DNA from: a virus
Lineage: Duplodnaviria > Heunggongvirae > Uroviricota > Caudoviricetes
Length of the DNA: 64,000 nucleotides
Virus record (IMG/VR): IMGVR_UViG_3300033142_000627
Span: 13,280 to 77,279 of that record
Direction: 5' to 3' (one strand)
Shown here: one piece after another, positions 62,653 through 64,000 of the stretch
How positions within the stretch are numbered: the stretch's first letter is position 1
Layout of the letters: every line of letters begins with the position of its first letter
Notes under the pieces: generated by a model
Seen by the model: only the letters and a program-made list of their open reading frames with translations
The model's database searches: none
Told to the model about the DNA's origin: nothing
Translations under genes and position numbers: made by a program

Positions 62653-62663
62653 GACATTGAAAC

Positions 62664-62688
62664 CGAAAAACCCTGCCGAAGCAGGGTT
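62664..62688 (-). terminator. Rho-independent terminator for the upstream minus-strand transcript
   Basis: CCCTGC-CGAA-GCAGGG stem followed, on the minus strand, by TTTTTCGGTTT. Confidence 0.65.
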
Positions 62689-62738
62689 GGTGGTGTAGCT
62701 CAGCCGGGAGAGGTCTACAGTAAACTACTTATCCAATA

Positions 62739-62899
62739 ATATAGGTCTTGCCTGTTCCTACCATTACATTAACACCATTCTTTGATAACAATGCCTCGAC
62801 TTCATTATCATAGTTGATATTATTTGATACATACTTGTAGTCAAAATCACAATCATTGATAGAGACTACTACACCGTTTTGTTCATATAGTTCTAACAT
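62739..62899 (-). CDS. Small protein (about 55 aa)
   Basis: Hand-translated MLELYEQNGVVVSIND.... TAATG-coupled to the upstream ORF. Confidence 0.3.
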
Positions 62900-63114
62900 T
62901 AAAATGGCCTCCCAAGGTCATCAATTATTTCATTGAGTCTTTTATTCTCTTTCTCAAGTTCTTCAATACGTATGGCGGCCTCATATGAAATTGGAGGAAT
63001 AAAGTCTGAGAATCCGCGCTGGCCGAATTCACCATTTCCGTTCTCATCGATAGGACCAACTTGGTAAATGCCGCGAAGGCGATCAACCAAGGTGTTTCTA
63101 CGTTCTTCAAACAT
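62899..63114 (-). CDS. Hypothetical protein (71 aa)
   Basis: Packed ORF. Confidence 0.4.
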   Translation of the reverse strand: MFEERRNTLVDRLRGIYQVGPIDENGNGEFGQRGFSDFIPPISYEAAIRIEELEKENKRLNEIIDDLGRPF

Positions 63115-63292
63115 TAGATAGTTACGCCGCGTTGCGCCAACACTTTCTTTGCTTTGGCACGGAACCTGTTAGGTTGTTTACTATCAACAAAAGAAATCAA
63201 TTCTTTGTTGGACATTTGATTCGCATCGACAGAACCTTTTGCTTTGTTGCGGGTTTTTGATATTCTAAATTTCATTTCTTTCTCCAAGTTTG

Positions 63293-63490
63293 TTATGAAT
63301 GTTCTCTCGCGATTTCCGTTACGAAGTAATAATTCTTGTGATTCATATTACGAATATGTCCAGACCTAAGGAACCAACGAAGGTTCTCTGGTGTTGGTTG
63401 TTTCCTTTCATTAGGGATAACCATATCTTTTGTTAATCTTTTCCAACGGTCAACATAGTTGTCTCGTTGGTGTTTCTTGTGTGCGTCCAT
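63293..63490 (-). CDS. Hypothetical basic protein (65 aa)
   Basis: Packed ORF. Confidence 0.4.
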   Translation of the reverse strand: MDAHKKHQRDNYVDRWKRLTKDMVIPNERKQPTPENLRWFLRSGHIRNMNHKNYYFVTEIAREHS

Positions 63491-63502
63491 GTGACACCTC
63501 TT

Positions 63503-63751
63503 TTATAATTCATCACCAGTTTTAATCATTACGAATTTATCTGGCAACAATCTACCTTCTTTGCCGGTGATTCCTTCAATACCATTGTCAATTTCGACTT
63601 CAAGTATAAAGCTTCTACTTCTAGGAAACACACCTTTATTTTTTTCTTTGGCCTCAATAGCCTTCCTTTCTGTTGAATAGATGCCAAGTAAGAGTCTTCC
63701 ATTGCGATAATCTTTTCCATCATATGATTCAAGTAGATATACTTTGGTCAT
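63503..63751 (-). CDS. Small protein, family member (82 aa)
   Basis: VYLLESYDG...LLLGIYSTERKAIEAKE motif shared with 63756-63992 and 30540-30755. Confidence 0.45.
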   Translation of the reverse strand: MTKVYLLESYDGKDYRNGRLLLGIYSTERKAIEAKEKNKGVFPRSRSFILEVEIDNGIEGITGKEGRLLPDKFVMIKTGDEL

Positions 63752-63755
63752 TATA

Positions 63756-63992
63756 CTAGAAATCTAAATACTCGGAACGGATGTCGATTGTTCCTTCTTC
63801 ATTCATATTCCGACCATACTCATTGTCTTCTGACTCAAGTTCTTCAACTGCTTTCTCAGCAAGTCCATTGGTAGAATAAACACCATAGATTGTTGAACCA
63901 GCATCAGGAGTATAATCGTCCATTACTATATAAACTTTTTTTCTATCTTTCATTATTATTTTTCCATTTGACACACATTGTATAACCTTCAA
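63756..63992 (-). CDS. Small protein, family member (78 aa), tandem to 63503
   Basis: VYIVMDDYT...IYGVYSTNGLAEKAVEEL motif. Confidence 0.45.
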   Translation of the reverse strand: MKVIQCVSNGKIIMKDRKKVYIVMDDYTPDAGSTIYGVYSTNGLAEKAVEELESEDNEYGRNMNEEGTIDIRSEYLDF

Positions 63993-64000
63993 TTAACTTC

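Noticed and set aside
62689-62770. Possible tRNA gene
   Set aside because: Only the acceptor 5' half and D-arm are recognisable. No anticodon stem, no T-loop GTTCRANYC and no complementary 3' acceptor strand were found on either strand.

Overview
The window is the early/replication region of a T4-like (Tevenvirinae-type) myovirus, roughly 38-40% GC by eye. Nearly all genes are on the minus strand and tightly packed; many are translationally coupled through ATGA or TAATG overlaps. Recognisable T4-type core genes, in minus-strand order from high to low coordinate, are: UvsX recombinase (61543-62586), gp41 replicative helicase (59867-61300), gp61 primase (47895-48959), a split class II ribonucleotide reductase (NrdJ-like, 44686-47339), a dCMP-deaminase-like protein, an M15 L-Ala-D-Glu peptidase endolysin, RNA ligase 1 (gp63-like, 35810-36913), RNA ligase 2 (25465-26349), RNase H (13779-14639), ATP-dependent DNA ligase (12398-13747), gp59 helicase loader (1843-2463) and gp32 SSB (813-1760). 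Between these lie hyperplastic blocks of more than 100 small ORFs. The blocks are punctuated by at least 11 copies of a modular sigma70-type early promoter cassette, several with an upstream stem-loop and a conserved 28-nt box (PeSL-like). A single plus-strand, late-type operon (49191-53363) is inserted between primase and helicase. A freestanding GIY-YIG homing endonuclease (33376-34038) is the only other plus-strand gene. Accessory and candidate anti-defence content includes: a 2H phosphoesterase (LigT/Acb1-like); a DUF2829 (Tad2-like) protein; a Lar-like Cys-rich protein; two MazG-like pyrophosphohydrolases; a small HD alarmone-hydrolase-like protein; a DHH/DHHA1 phosphoesterase; a pol-beta-type nucleotidyltransferase with an HTH neighbour; a NadM-type NMN adenylyltransferase; a third ligase-like nucleotidyltransferase; and a tandem pair of about 400-aa paralogues of unknown function. 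No rRNA, CRISPR array or complete tRNA was found. All calls rest on motif recognition by eye from the six-frame translations; no database search was run. Additional sub-60-aa ORFs, not all listed, fill most remaining minus-strand gaps.
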